64,000 nt of DNA, from NCBI GenBank assembly GCA_001804285.1, contig MHFR01000051.1:46926-110925 (forward strand). The letters run 5' to 3'. A program made the position numbers and the translations under genes. Shown one piece after another: positions 39,546 through 48,136 of the stretch. This DNA comes from Candidatus Danuiimicrobium aquiferis (GTDB taxonomy: Bacteria; Omnitrophota; Omnitrophia; Omnitrophales; Danuiimicrobiaceae). Position 1 is the stretch's first letter. Each line of letters starts with the position of its first letter. The notes under the pieces are model-generated. The model was not told the origin of the DNA. It did not search any database and saw only the letters and a program-made list of their open reading frames with translations.

Positions 39546-39868
39546 AAAAATCCGAATTCGCGAATACCAAAATCCGAAATCTCAAATTCAAATATCACAA
39601 AAACTGTTTTAGCCCGGATTTCTCATCGCTAATGAGAAATTCCGCTCGTAAGAGCTGTGGCGCAAAGATGGTTTGCATCTTTGCGACGCAGGGCTTATCT
39701 TTTGCACCCTGATTTAACAAGGGCGCAAAACTTTGTGCGCAACTGATTGCGCCCAAAGCGACTTTCTTGTCGATTCACAAAATCGATGAGAAAGTCGGGT
39801 TAGAAATTGAGACATTCGAATTTAGGGCTTGTTTCGGATTTCACAATTTCGCGTTTCGAAATTAACCT
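39546..39868. repeat. Family C repeat interrupted by MITE D
   Basis: The flanks of the MITE join to give the homolog of 36549-36734. Confidence 0.7.
39609..39803 (+). mobile_element. MITE family D with an internal palindromic insert of ~54 bp
   Basis: ttagcccggatttctcatc...gatgagaaagtcgggttag; TTAG at both ends. Confidence 0.82.
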
Positions 39869-39908
39869 TGGAAAACAGTACCCGTACTTTGGGAAGGGGT
39901 ATCGTTGT

Positions 39909-40493
39909 TTACTCATTTTGAGAGGCTTTAATCGCAATGGCCAGGTAATTAGCCACTGCTTTTTTCTTCAAATCGGCCGTTAACTGATTTCTGAAAGAAT
40001 CTGAGCCTTCATATTGCGTTCCGATTTTTTTATAATATTTTTGTAGGTCCTCATAACTCTTATCCTCGATGACGTTGATCTCTTTTCCGTCAGTATCATA
40101 CTGCCAAAGCGCTGCCTGAACGAAACCGTTTTCATCAACCGCACATTTTATGTAATAAGATCCTGCGCCACCCAAGTATGTAAATGCAGTCGAAAGCTCG
40201 TTCGGCGAGACAAAATACTTGCAATCTTTTCTATCGGCCAGAGAACCGTCCGCATACAGCGGAACAGGAATTTGTTCCCCGTTTCGCACTTTACCGGTCT
40301 TGATTGCAATAAAATTATTAATTTTTTGCGCAAGAATAGACTCTATGTTTCGATTTTCGGCGCTGTCCCGAGGTGCGGCCACTTCTTTAATTTCATTTCG
40401 TCCCAATAAAGGATTTTTCGCAAACGCTTCGGGCAACACGCATATTTGCGCTATTCCCGCAATCAGCATTATTTTAAATAAAACATTTTTCAT
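39909..40493 (-). CDS. Hypothetical secreted protein
   Basis: Sec signal ending AFA; RBS GGGAG; no recognisable family. Confidence 0.7.
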   Translation of the reverse strand: MKNVLFKIMLIAGIAQICVLPEAFAKNPLLGRNEIKEVAAPRDSAENRNIESILAQKINNFIAIKTGKVRNGEQIPVPLYADGSLADRKDCKYFVSPNELSTAFTYLGGAGSYYIKCAVDENGFVQAALWQYDTDGKEINVIEDKSYEDLQKYYKKIGTQYEGSDSFRNQLTADLKKKAVANYLAIAIKASQNE

Positions 40494-40531
40494 TATTTCT
40501 CCCTTTTTCGCCCTGATTTAACAACGGCGGG

Positions 40532-41770
40532 TTAGGGTCTGACAATTAACATGCAACCCTCAATATCCATCCGGATTACTTTCAAAAAGACATCGTCTCC
40601 TTTAAAATTCACTTTATCAACAATTCCGCCATCATCGTCATAATCAAACGTCCCGTTACCGCCGACATTCAAAAGGTCGTAGCCTTGCCTGATGGATGCC
40701 TCTTGAAAACTGTCAAACATCAGCTTGTTTTCCGGATAGAAGATTTCTTGTCCTTTTATAACGGGGCTCCCATCCGCAATTCCCAGTTGCAATTTAATCC
40801 GCCAAGATTGCTGATCTGTTTTAGAATAAATCTTCAATTCGATCATCGCGCCTTCTCGAATCTCTGAGAAGTTGAGTAACTGAAGCGCCCGGATATCTTC
40901 ACTATTCGGAATCGGAAATTCTAAACCCTCTTTTAAAAGGATCCCTTGCCCCGATTTCCCCAGGGCCCTTACATTAATAAATGAATTTGATTTTCGTTCC
41001 AATTCTTTCCCGCGAAAGACGATGTTGCTTTCGACGGCAGTCACCTGGACCAACTGATTTGCGTCAAGGTGATCCTTGTCTTTTAATTCAAGGAGCCGGT
41101 CATACCCATCGTAATATTCGAAAGCAGCATCGGTGACATGAACGGAAGATCGATTCAAATCGAAATCAGCCACTTCGTCATTATAATGCCGGAAAATTGT
41201 GCTTTTTTCTTTGTCCCACTCATAACGCATAAGGGTTTCCGGATTTTTTCGATAATCCGGATGATAGGCAATCCGGACAGCATTTCCTTTTGAAATGGGG
41301 AATCCAAACTCGATCCATTCTTCCGTGCCGGAGTCACTTGTGTGAACAAAAGCTCTGTACGTATGAAACTCTGTTTCACCGCGAAATTTGACTTCGCCAA
41401 TAGGCGGCGCAGACCCTTTCCGAATCCGGTTGCTTAAATAAAACCGATTTCCTTTCGTCGGCTGATCGAACGCATCGAGCCACAAAGGAACGAAACTTAC
41501 CGATTTTTTTTGCGCATCTACTATTTCAACGGCATCTCGAAGGCCCTGAAGTTCGTAGTCACCTTCTGACATTCTTCGCGTCACATCTTCCGCCATTTTT
41601 GAAACAACCGCTTCTTCAATGGAATATCTCCATGCGGTAAGAGCCGTATCCAAAAGGCGCTCAATCCCAGCCGTCAATATCGACGCGATGGAAACGGCGA
41701 CCAAAACCTCAATGAGTGTTAATCCTTTTTCCTTGCGATCTGTTCTCATATTCCCCATGCAAGTCATCAT
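40532..41770 (-). CDS. Large PilW/GspJ-like minor pilin
   Basis: G|LTLIEVLVAVSI; TAATG coupling with the upstream gene. Confidence 0.85.
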   Translation of the reverse strand: MMTCMGNMRTDRKEKGLTLIEVLVAVSIASILTAGIERLLDTALTAWRYSIEEAVVSKMAEDVTRRMSEGDYELQGLRDAVEIVDAQKKSVSFVPLWLDAFDQPTKGNRFYLSNRIRKGSAPPIGEVKFRGETEFHTYRAFVHTSDSGTEEWIEFGFPISKGNAVRIAYHPDYRKNPETLMRYEWDKEKSTIFRHYNDEVADFDLNRSSVHVTDAAFEYYDGYDRLLELKDKDHLDANQLVQVTAVESNIVFRGKELERKSNSFINVRALGKSGQGILLKEGLEFPIPNSEDIRALQLLNFSEIREGAMIELKIYSKTDQQSWRIKLQLGIADGSPVIKGQEIFYPENKLMFDSFQEASIRQGYDLLNVGGNGTFDYDDDGGIVDKVNFKGDDVFLKVIRMDIEGCMLIVRP

Positions 41771-42171
41771 TATAAATCTTCGAGCAACGTCACAAAATCG
41801 ATGAGCGGTTTTTTCAAATTCTCAGCACGGAAAACCTCAATATGCATTTCAAGCGGATCGGTTCCACTTACCGGCCGGCGCAAAATCCGCCATTTCATAT
41901 CATTTAATTCAATGGGGGGCTTATCGACAGGAGGTTCCCAAGCTTCGCCCATCCGCATGAGTTGAGATTTAGAACCCCGGTAATTTTTGATATGTTCCAT
42001 GGCATTTCGTCCAAGCTGTGTCGCGATCCCAACTTCTGTATATTGAGATACCTCACTTACAGACTGTGTAAACATTTGCAGCAGAGGGACAAAACACAAT
42101 GCCATCAACGAAATAACAACAAGCATTTCAATATACGTAAAACCGCTTTCCGCCGTTCTAAATGCCTTCAT
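41770..42171 (-). CDS. PilV/GspI-like minor pilin
   Basis: G|FTYIEMLVVI; start reassigned to ATG 42171. Confidence 0.85.
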   Translation of the reverse strand: MKAFRTAESGFTYIEMLVVISLMALCFVPLLQMFTQSVSEVSQYTEVGIATQLGRNAMEHIKNYRGSKSQLMRMGEAWEPPVDKPPIELNDMKWRILRRPVSGTDPLEMHIEVFRAENLKKPLIDFVTLLEDL

Positions 42172-42535
42172 AAAAAATCCGGATTCTTCTTTGAATATCA
42201 TTGACTTCACCAATTCCGGTAATCGATAAGGTGTTTGGATCGTGAATCGCGAAATAGATTCCTTTTCCCAGTTTTCGCTTGGGAATCGATCCGAATCCAT
42301 CACCATCTCTGTCACGCATGGACTTGACCTCATTAATTCCGGCGGCAAGGCCTGCATCGGCCAAATAAAGAGCTTGAAGACGGTCCTCTTCCAAAGTCAC
42401 ATGAATCGACCGCTCATAAACCGCGCTGACTAACACTCCGCCATAAATTGCAAGCGTCGCCAAAATAATGAGAACGACGATAAGAATGGAGCCCGTTTCT
42501 GAGGATTTACCATTTTGACGGATTTTGTCCTTCAT
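42158..42535 (-). CDS. Minimal PilX/GspK-like pilin
   Basis: G|SILIVVLIIL without Glu5; QALYLADAGL motif. Confidence 0.82.
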   Translation of the reverse strand: MKDKIRQNGKSSETGSILIVVLIILATLAIYGGVLVSAVYERSIHVTLEEDRLQALYLADAGLAAGINEVKSMRDRDGDGFGSIPKRKLGKGIYFAIHDPNTLSITGIGEVNDIQRRIRIFYEGI

Positions 42536-42956
42536 AATCTTCCCATGCCTTATCTAATTTTAAATCATAATTGACTACAACGTCTGCCTTATCCGTTAAA
42601 TAAAGCCAGCCGCCGGTGTTCGAAAAAGGCTGGTTGCTTGTCTGATTCTTTACGGTGTTATTTCCCCTCTTATCGGTGACTAACTCCGAAGGCATGGAAT
42701 TTAAATACGGTTTTTCAACCCCGACATCATTAAATGTTTGCGTCAAGAGCCCCTCCAATGTCTCGGGATATTTCCCCTCCTTCGCACGGAATAATGAAAT
42801 GCGATTCCGAAGCATGGAAAGATTGCTTTTAGTCGTTACCGCGCGGGCATCAATATCAAAACCGACAAAGTTTGGTACGATTGCCAACGCCAAAATGGCG
42901 ATAATCGCAACGACGATCAAAATTTCAATTAAGGTGAATCCAGATTTACGGGCCAT
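42507..42956 (-). CDS. Major (pseudo)pilin, GspG-like
   Basis: G|FTLIEILIVVAIIAIL, YPxTLxxL, PYL. Confidence 0.88.
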   Translation of the reverse strand: MARKSGFTLIEILIVVAIIAILALAIVPNFVGFDIDARAVTTKSNLSMLRNRISLFRAKEGKYPETLEGLLTQTFNDVGVEKPYLNSMPSELVTDKRGNNTVKNQTSNQPFSNTGGWLYLTDKADVVVNYDLKLDKAWEDYEGQNPSKW

Positions 42957-43323
42957 CGCTATCTACCTTTCTTTGGTAAGTTAAATAGTCTCTTGTTCCT
43001 TCCATCAAATAAACAGGATGAATGATGGGTGGTTGGGGATATAGAAAAGAAACAACCTCATAAGCTCCGACAGAAAATCTCCCGACAGTATTAAAAATAC
43101 CGCGAATGGGATCAAGCAGAATCATTTTGTCAATACGCGTTTCGACAAGCCCTGTTTCAACCGCTCGCGGCAATTCTAACGGTGAGTAAACAATGTTATA
43201 CAAACCACGCCCGAGCTTTTTTGCCGCTCGAAACACATAAAGATCCTTGCACCAACCGGTTGAACTAAACAAAAATAAAAAAAGCAAAAGCAATGAAATG
43301 AATTTATTTCCCAACCTTGCCAT
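42946..43323 (-). CDS. TIGR04073-like (exosortase system-associated) small exported protein
   Basis: Signal peptide, KLGRGxxN..PLELP, GRxxVGxYEVVSF motifs. Confidence 0.7.
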   Translation of the reverse strand: MARLGNKFISLLLLFLFLFSSTGWCKDLYVFRAAKKLGRGLYNIVYSPLELPRAVETGLVETRIDKMILLDPIRGIFNTVGRFSVGAYEVVSFLYPQPPIIHPVYLMEGTRDYLTYQRKVDSDGP

Positions 43324-43363
43324 GAGACCGTTCCTTTCTATTATATTCAACCTGACCGATTTT

Positions 43364-43492
43364 TGTCATTCCCGCATGTTTTAGGCGGGAATCCATTGTA
43401 CCAATAGATGCTAATTGACTTATGGATCCCCGATTCCCTGGAAATACAGGGCCGGCCCTCGTCTTACCGAGGGAAAGCATTCGGGAATGACA
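43364..43492. repeat. Family A doublet with nested double hairpin (43436-43473)
   Basis: gtcattcccgcatgttttaggcgggaatcca...ggatccccgatt[ccctggaaatacagggccggccctcgtcttaccgaggg]aaagcattcgggaatgac. Confidence 0.8.
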
Positions 43493-43501
43493 CAACTCAA
43501 G

Positions 43502-44719
43502 TTACTGTTTAAAAACTTTGACCAAATTAAACACCGGCATCAAAACTGCCAATGCAATAAATCCGACGACAAATCCCATAAATAAGAGCAACAGGGGTTC
43601 CAGTGATGAAGATAAATTTCTAAGTGTGTATTCCAATTCTGTTTCATAAAACTTGGCAACTTCTCCCAGCATTTCGTCCAATTTTCCGGTATTTTCCCCC
43701 ACCGATACCATCTGTACAACCATCGGCGGGAAAATTTCTGCTTTTTGAAATAGTTCTGCCAAGTCTTTCCCTTGGCTTACGCCAATCCGGATTTGTTCAA
43801 CCGCAGCTTTCATGATGACATTGTTCAGAATACTTTTCGAAATATCAAGAGCCCTCAAAATCGGGATTCCGCTTTTGGTGAGCGCGCTCACGGTCCGCGT
43901 AAATCGCGCAATGACAATTTTCGTATAAAGTTCCCCAAAAACCGGAATCCGTAAAATGACGCCATCAAAAAAAGTCCGTCCTTTTTCGGTGCGGTAAAAA
44001 CCATTTAACAAAACAATTCCTGTCACAGTCAAAACGATAATTAAAAACCAAAACTGGCGAAAAAACGTGCTGGTGTTAAGCAAAATCATCGTGATGAAAG
44101 GCAACTCGCTGTTCGAAGCACGAAAGATGTCTAAGAATTTCGGCACAGCACCGATTAAAAGAAAACCGACCACAAAGAACGCAACACAAAGCAGGATAAT
44201 GGGATACGTAAACGCCGATTGGACCTTTGTCCGGATGTCGAGCTCTTGCATACCGATTTGTGCCAGGCGTTCCAGAACGTCGTCAAGAATACCCGCGGCC
44301 TCGCCGGATTCAATCATTCCGGTGTATAAATTCGAAAACAAATGCGGAAATTTACTGATCGCATCTTTAAACGACCGCCCTTTTTCAATGTCGTTTTTAA
44401 TAGTTTCAATAATGGCTTTAAATTTCGGATTGCGCTCCTGCCATGCAAGACTTTCCAATGCTTTAGGAAGAGGCAACCCTGAACGGACAAGGGTTGAGAG
44501 CTGTCGTGTGAAGTAGATCACATTTTCCCGCCGGACGCCTGATAGAATATCTTGAAGCTGAAAAAAAAGAAAATCTAATTGAGTGGCAGGTTCAATCGAG
44601 AGAACCCGGTACTTCCTTTCACGAAGCACTTCAATCAGCCCGGAACGGTCTTCTGCTCTCGCCACCCCTTTTATGGTTTTGCCGTACGTATCTTGAACCA
44701 CATATTTAAATGCATTCAT
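43502..44719 (-). CDS. pilC: Inner-membrane platform protein PilC/GspF
   Basis: FTRQLSTLVRSGLP, GEAAG, YP..TM, GENTGKLDEML, LEP. Confidence 0.93.
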   Translation of the reverse strand: MNAFKYVVQDTYGKTIKGVARAEDRSGLIEVLRERKYRVLSIEPATQLDFLFFQLQDILSGVRRENVIYFTRQLSTLVRSGLPLPKALESLAWQERNPKFKAIIETIKNDIEKGRSFKDAISKFPHLFSNLYTGMIESGEAAGILDDVLERLAQIGMQELDIRTKVQSAFTYPIILLCVAFFVVGFLLIGAVPKFLDIFRASNSELPFITMILLNTSTFFRQFWFLIIVLTVTGIVLLNGFYRTEKGRTFFDGVILRIPVFGELYTKIVIARFTRTVSALTKSGIPILRALDISKSILNNVIMKAAVEQIRIGVSQGKDLAELFQKAEIFPPMVVQMVSVGENTGKLDEMLGEVAKFYETELEYTLRNLSSSLEPLLLLFMGFVVGFIALAVLMPVFNLVKVFKQ

Positions 44720-44739
44720 AGGCACCGCAATTTAGTTGA

Positions 44740-44857
44740 TGTCATGCCCGCACGCTTAAAGCGGGCATCCACAGCTTCTGGATTCCCGCTTTCGCGGGAA
44801 TGACAAAGAAACATATGCCCTTTTACAGATAATTGCTTCAAAGTATTAAACAAATAC
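44740..44857. repeat. Family A doublet plus right arm of MITE E (truncated copy)
   Basis: Closely matches 50779-50896, including tttacagataat..cttcaaa..taaacaaatac. Confidence 0.78.
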
Positions 44858-44859
44858 AG

Positions 44860-46608
44860 TTATTTAGCCTTCTCTTTTTTTCCTGCTTTTTTACTTTCGC
44901 GAGAAAATTGACGATCAAACGTTTTGGATAAATAAAGACTGTCGGGATAATTTTTTTTGAGTTTCTGCCACATCGCAGCCGCTTCTGCATGATTCATAAA
45001 AAAGTCAGCATACAACTTCCCAAGTTGATAATAAGCATCATCGGCCCATTCAGAGTCCGGATAATTTCTCGTGATCATCTTAAAGAAACCGACCGCTTCG
45101 CTATTCCTTTGATATTCACTTTTCCCCAATGATTCAATTCCATATTCCTCTAACAAGCGAACCCCCCGATTATATAAAGCCCGGGGAGACAGTTCATCCG
45201 AAACAGGCTTATTCTCTTCCGGTTTCATAGGCCGTACGATATAGGGGGTGATAAATACCGACAATTCGCGGGTCACATATTTGGTGCTTTTATTCCGAAA
45301 TGCTACCCCCACAAGAGGAATACTTCCTAAAATGGGGATCCTTTGCTGAATTACAGACTGGTCATGCCTCGTTAATCCGCCAATCACAACAGTTTGCCCG
45401 TTTTTAACCAGCACTTTTGTGGTAGCTTCCCGAGTATCAATTCGCGGGCCGGCATCGAGCGACTGATTTAACGAGCTCACCTCAGGATGTAATTCGAGTA
45501 AAATATCATCCCCGCCAACGACTCGTGGAATGACTCGTAAAGCAGTACCGATATCGATAAACTTAGTTGTTTCAGTTGTTCCCACTGCCGTTAATGTGTT
45601 TTCGCGAAACGGAAATTTTTCACCGATGATAATTTTTGCTTCTTCCCCATCGAGCGCGCAAATGGTCGGACTTGCGAGTAAAGATGCTTTATTTTTCCGG
45701 ATCAACGCATCAATCGTACTGGTTGCATGACCTTTCCCGAGCGTCAAGCCGTATTTCAGCTGTCCACCGGTTAAATCGGTAGAAGTTTCGGGCATCGATA
45801 GCGCAAAATCAGCTGAGTTATTTGTGGTTGTTGTCGTCGCGGTTGAAGCGGCTCCCGGCGGAAGATAGGTGCGCGCCCCTTCGGGTGTCCAATCCGATTC
45901 AATTCCCTTAAGCATACCTCGTAAATTCGCATTTCCAGTCCAAGTCACCCCCATTGCGGTTAAATCAGAAATTTCAACTTCAATCAGTCTCGCCTCAATC
46001 AATATCTGGTATGGCGCATGGTCTAATTTTTGGGCCTCTTCAAGAAGCGTTTTCATTTTAGTCGGCAAATCCCTAATGATTAACCGATTTTCTTCGTCTA
46101 CAGCTTCAATACTTCCCTTGTTACTCGAAAACGCCGACAACGACGTTTTAACAGAGGATGGTTTTACGTAGGTTACGGGAATAATTTCCGTCGCAAGTTC
46201 GTTTTCTGGCGCCACCACCGTAATAATATTATCTTTCACTCGATAGACATACCCTTTCGACTCCAAAATGAAATCCAGGGCATCCTCTAAACGGACATCT
46301 TTTAAGGTGATGGTGACGGTTCCCTTCACATCTTCTCCGGCTACGATATTTAAATCGAACGACTCCGCAAGCCCTCGTAAAGCGCCTCGAATATCAGCCT
46401 CCTGCACGTCCAATGAAATACGTGTATCTAAAATATTAACATTTTTTTCTTCTTTAATTTCCTCAGCGAAGAGGACTCCTGTTTTAACCTGGAATAGGCA
46501 TAACAATAGCGATAAAAACAATGGCAGAACTTTTCTTTGTCCCAAACAGACTGTTTTTGCAATGGTTCGCAAGAAGGATTTGATTTTTGCTTTGGATTTC
46601 ATTTCCAT
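44860..46608 (-). CDS. Secretin (PilQ/GspD family) with C-terminal TPR-like domain
   Basis: STN/N domains, QILIEARLIEV, GQTVVIGGL, IPILGSIPLVG, FITPYIV; tail YPDSEWADDAYYQLG. Start may be 46620. Confidence 0.92.
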   Translation of the reverse strand: MEMKSKAKIKSFLRTIAKTVCLGQRKVLPLFLSLLLCLFQVKTGVLFAEEIKEEKNVNILDTRISLDVQEADIRGALRGLAESFDLNIVAGEDVKGTVTITLKDVRLEDALDFILESKGYVYRVKDNIITVVAPENELATEIIPVTYVKPSSVKTSLSAFSSNKGSIEAVDEENRLIIRDLPTKMKTLLEEAQKLDHAPYQILIEARLIEVEISDLTAMGVTWTGNANLRGMLKGIESDWTPEGARTYLPPGAASTATTTTTNNSADFALSMPETSTDLTGGQLKYGLTLGKGHATSTIDALIRKNKASLLASPTICALDGEEAKIIIGEKFPFRENTLTAVGTTETTKFIDIGTALRVIPRVVGGDDILLELHPEVSSLNQSLDAGPRIDTREATTKVLVKNGQTVVIGGLTRHDQSVIQQRIPILGSIPLVGVAFRNKSTKYVTRELSVFITPYIVRPMKPEENKPVSDELSPRALYNRGVRLLEEYGIESLGKSEYQRNSEAVGFFKMITRNYPDSEWADDAYYQLGKLYADFFMNHAEAAAMWQKLKKNYPDSLYLSKTFDRQFSRESKKAGKKEKAK

Positions 46609-46653
46609 TGTTTTCTCCATATACTTTTATCTCGCCCGAGTTTTAAAAATGAT

Positions 46654-47502
46654 TTATGATTTCTTTTTGCTGAGCGCCAGAACGTATTCCGTACCGCTTT
46701 CCGAAAACCAAACGCCATCGCGTTCGATGCGAACTAATTTTTTGTTGTCAATCAGGGCCCCCACTGACACAATCTTCCCATCAATCAAAGCAACCGGTTT
46801 TTTTGTGTTCCACACAATCATGGTCACCTGATGATTCCCCGGGAGTGTATTATCACGCGGCTTATTTCCCAAAAGAAACGGGTCTTGTTTCGGCGGAACA
46901 ATCTGCGCGTCCGTTTCCTTGGCTTTTACTTTCGAATGACCGCTCAGAATCGAAAAAAGGTTAACGGTTACCAGAGGTAAAGGGTTCACCTCAGAATCGG
47001 ATTCCATGCTCAACGATTGCACGCCAAGGAGAATCTTTCCTTTTTCAATTCGTTCAAGGTACGACGCAACATCAGTGTACCCGCCATAAAACTTAACTTC
47101 GATGTGAATTGCATCAGCAATCCCGCCTTCTTCCGAACGCGCGATCGTGGGTTCTACGGAAACAAATTTTGTATCCAGCCCCTGAAACGCTGCCGTGAGT
47201 CCTTCGAGAAGCTCGGCCATATCTTTCCGTGAAGGTAGTTTATCTTCCATTTGTGTCACTTCTTCATTCATTTTATTAAACTCATCATACCGTTCCGAAT
47301 AAATTTTTTGATCCTTGTTATAGCCTTCTCTTTTGTTTTCCACGGTTTGCAATTCACTTTTTATCGCAAGGGTTTCCTGTCCTATTATTTTCTTTTTATG
47401 TTCGATCGGCTTCACAATGTTAGAAAAAAATACATAAAAGATAATCGCATAAAGCGCCAAGATAATCGCAGCTTGTGTATTCCTGCTCATTCGCACAACC
47501 AT
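46654..47502 (-). CDS. PilO-like protein with fused C-terminal PilP/MshK-like domain
   Basis: TM, coiled coil, KLPSRKDMAELL, GGYxDVxxYLxxIE; then DPF...VALIDGKIVxVG. Confidence 0.78.
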   Translation of the reverse strand: MVVRMSRNTQAAIILALYAIIFYVFFSNIVKPIEHKKKIIGQETLAIKSELQTVENKREGYNKDQKIYSERYDEFNKMNEEVTQMEDKLPSRKDMAELLEGLTAAFQGLDTKFVSVEPTIARSEEGGIADAIHIEVKFYGGYTDVASYLERIEKGKILLGVQSLSMESDSEVNPLPLVTVNLFSILSGHSKVKAKETDAQIVPPKQDPFLLGNKPRDNTLPGNHQVTMIVWNTKKPVALIDGKIVSVGALIDNKKLVRIERDGVWFSESGTEYVLALSKKKS

Positions 47503-47512
47503 TGTGTCGTCC

Positions 47513-48094
47513 TCAAATATTTTTTAGTTCAAATGAAATCTCGAAAAAAATAACACTTTCCTTGTTGACCGTATTCGATTCGGTCCGGACAAAAGTAGCG
47601 TTTGAAAAATACTCACTCTCATTTAAATTGGCGATGAATTTGCTCACATCGGCATTGCTATATGTTCCGCCGAACACTTGACACTTTGAAGTTTCCAATA
47701 TCAATTTATCCGCCCACGCCCGGTCCGGCAGTGATTGCTTGAATTCTGAAAGAATTTGTGACCATTGGGTTCGCGTCACATCTAATCGGGCTAATTGTTC
47801 GCGTTTTTTTCTTAAAACCACAATTCTGTCTTCAATATTTTTTAGCTGGTCGGCTGAACTTTGTTTCGTACTTTCGGCCTCTTCGATTTGGGCACTGATG
47901 TGACTTAGTTTTTCATCTACGGCCTGCTTCTTTTGCTTCCCATAGTTTAAACTAATGGTCGAGTAAATCGCGATCAAAGCCATAATCACAACAAGGACAA
48001 CAGCCCCTATCACCGCCTGCATCAACAGCCCTGACTCAACAAGAGCTTTTTTTCCGGATGCGAACTCTGGTGGTATCAGATTAATTCTTTTCAT
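47513..48094 (-). CDS. pilN: PilN-like protein
   Basis: RINLIPP N-terminal motif, TM, coiled coil, FIANLNESEYF. Confidence 0.85.
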   Translation of the reverse strand: MKRINLIPPEFASGKKALVESGLLMQAVIGAVVLVVIMALIAIYSTISLNYGKQKKQAVDEKLSHISAQIEEAESTKQSSADQLKNIEDRIVVLRKKREQLARLDVTRTQWSQILSEFKQSLPDRAWADKLILETSKCQVFGGTYSNADVSKFIANLNESEYFSNATFVRTESNTVNKESVIFFEISFELKNI

Positions 48095-48136
48095 GATTTC
48101 TGCTTTTTCCTTTTTGCTTAAAACTTATAACCCTCT

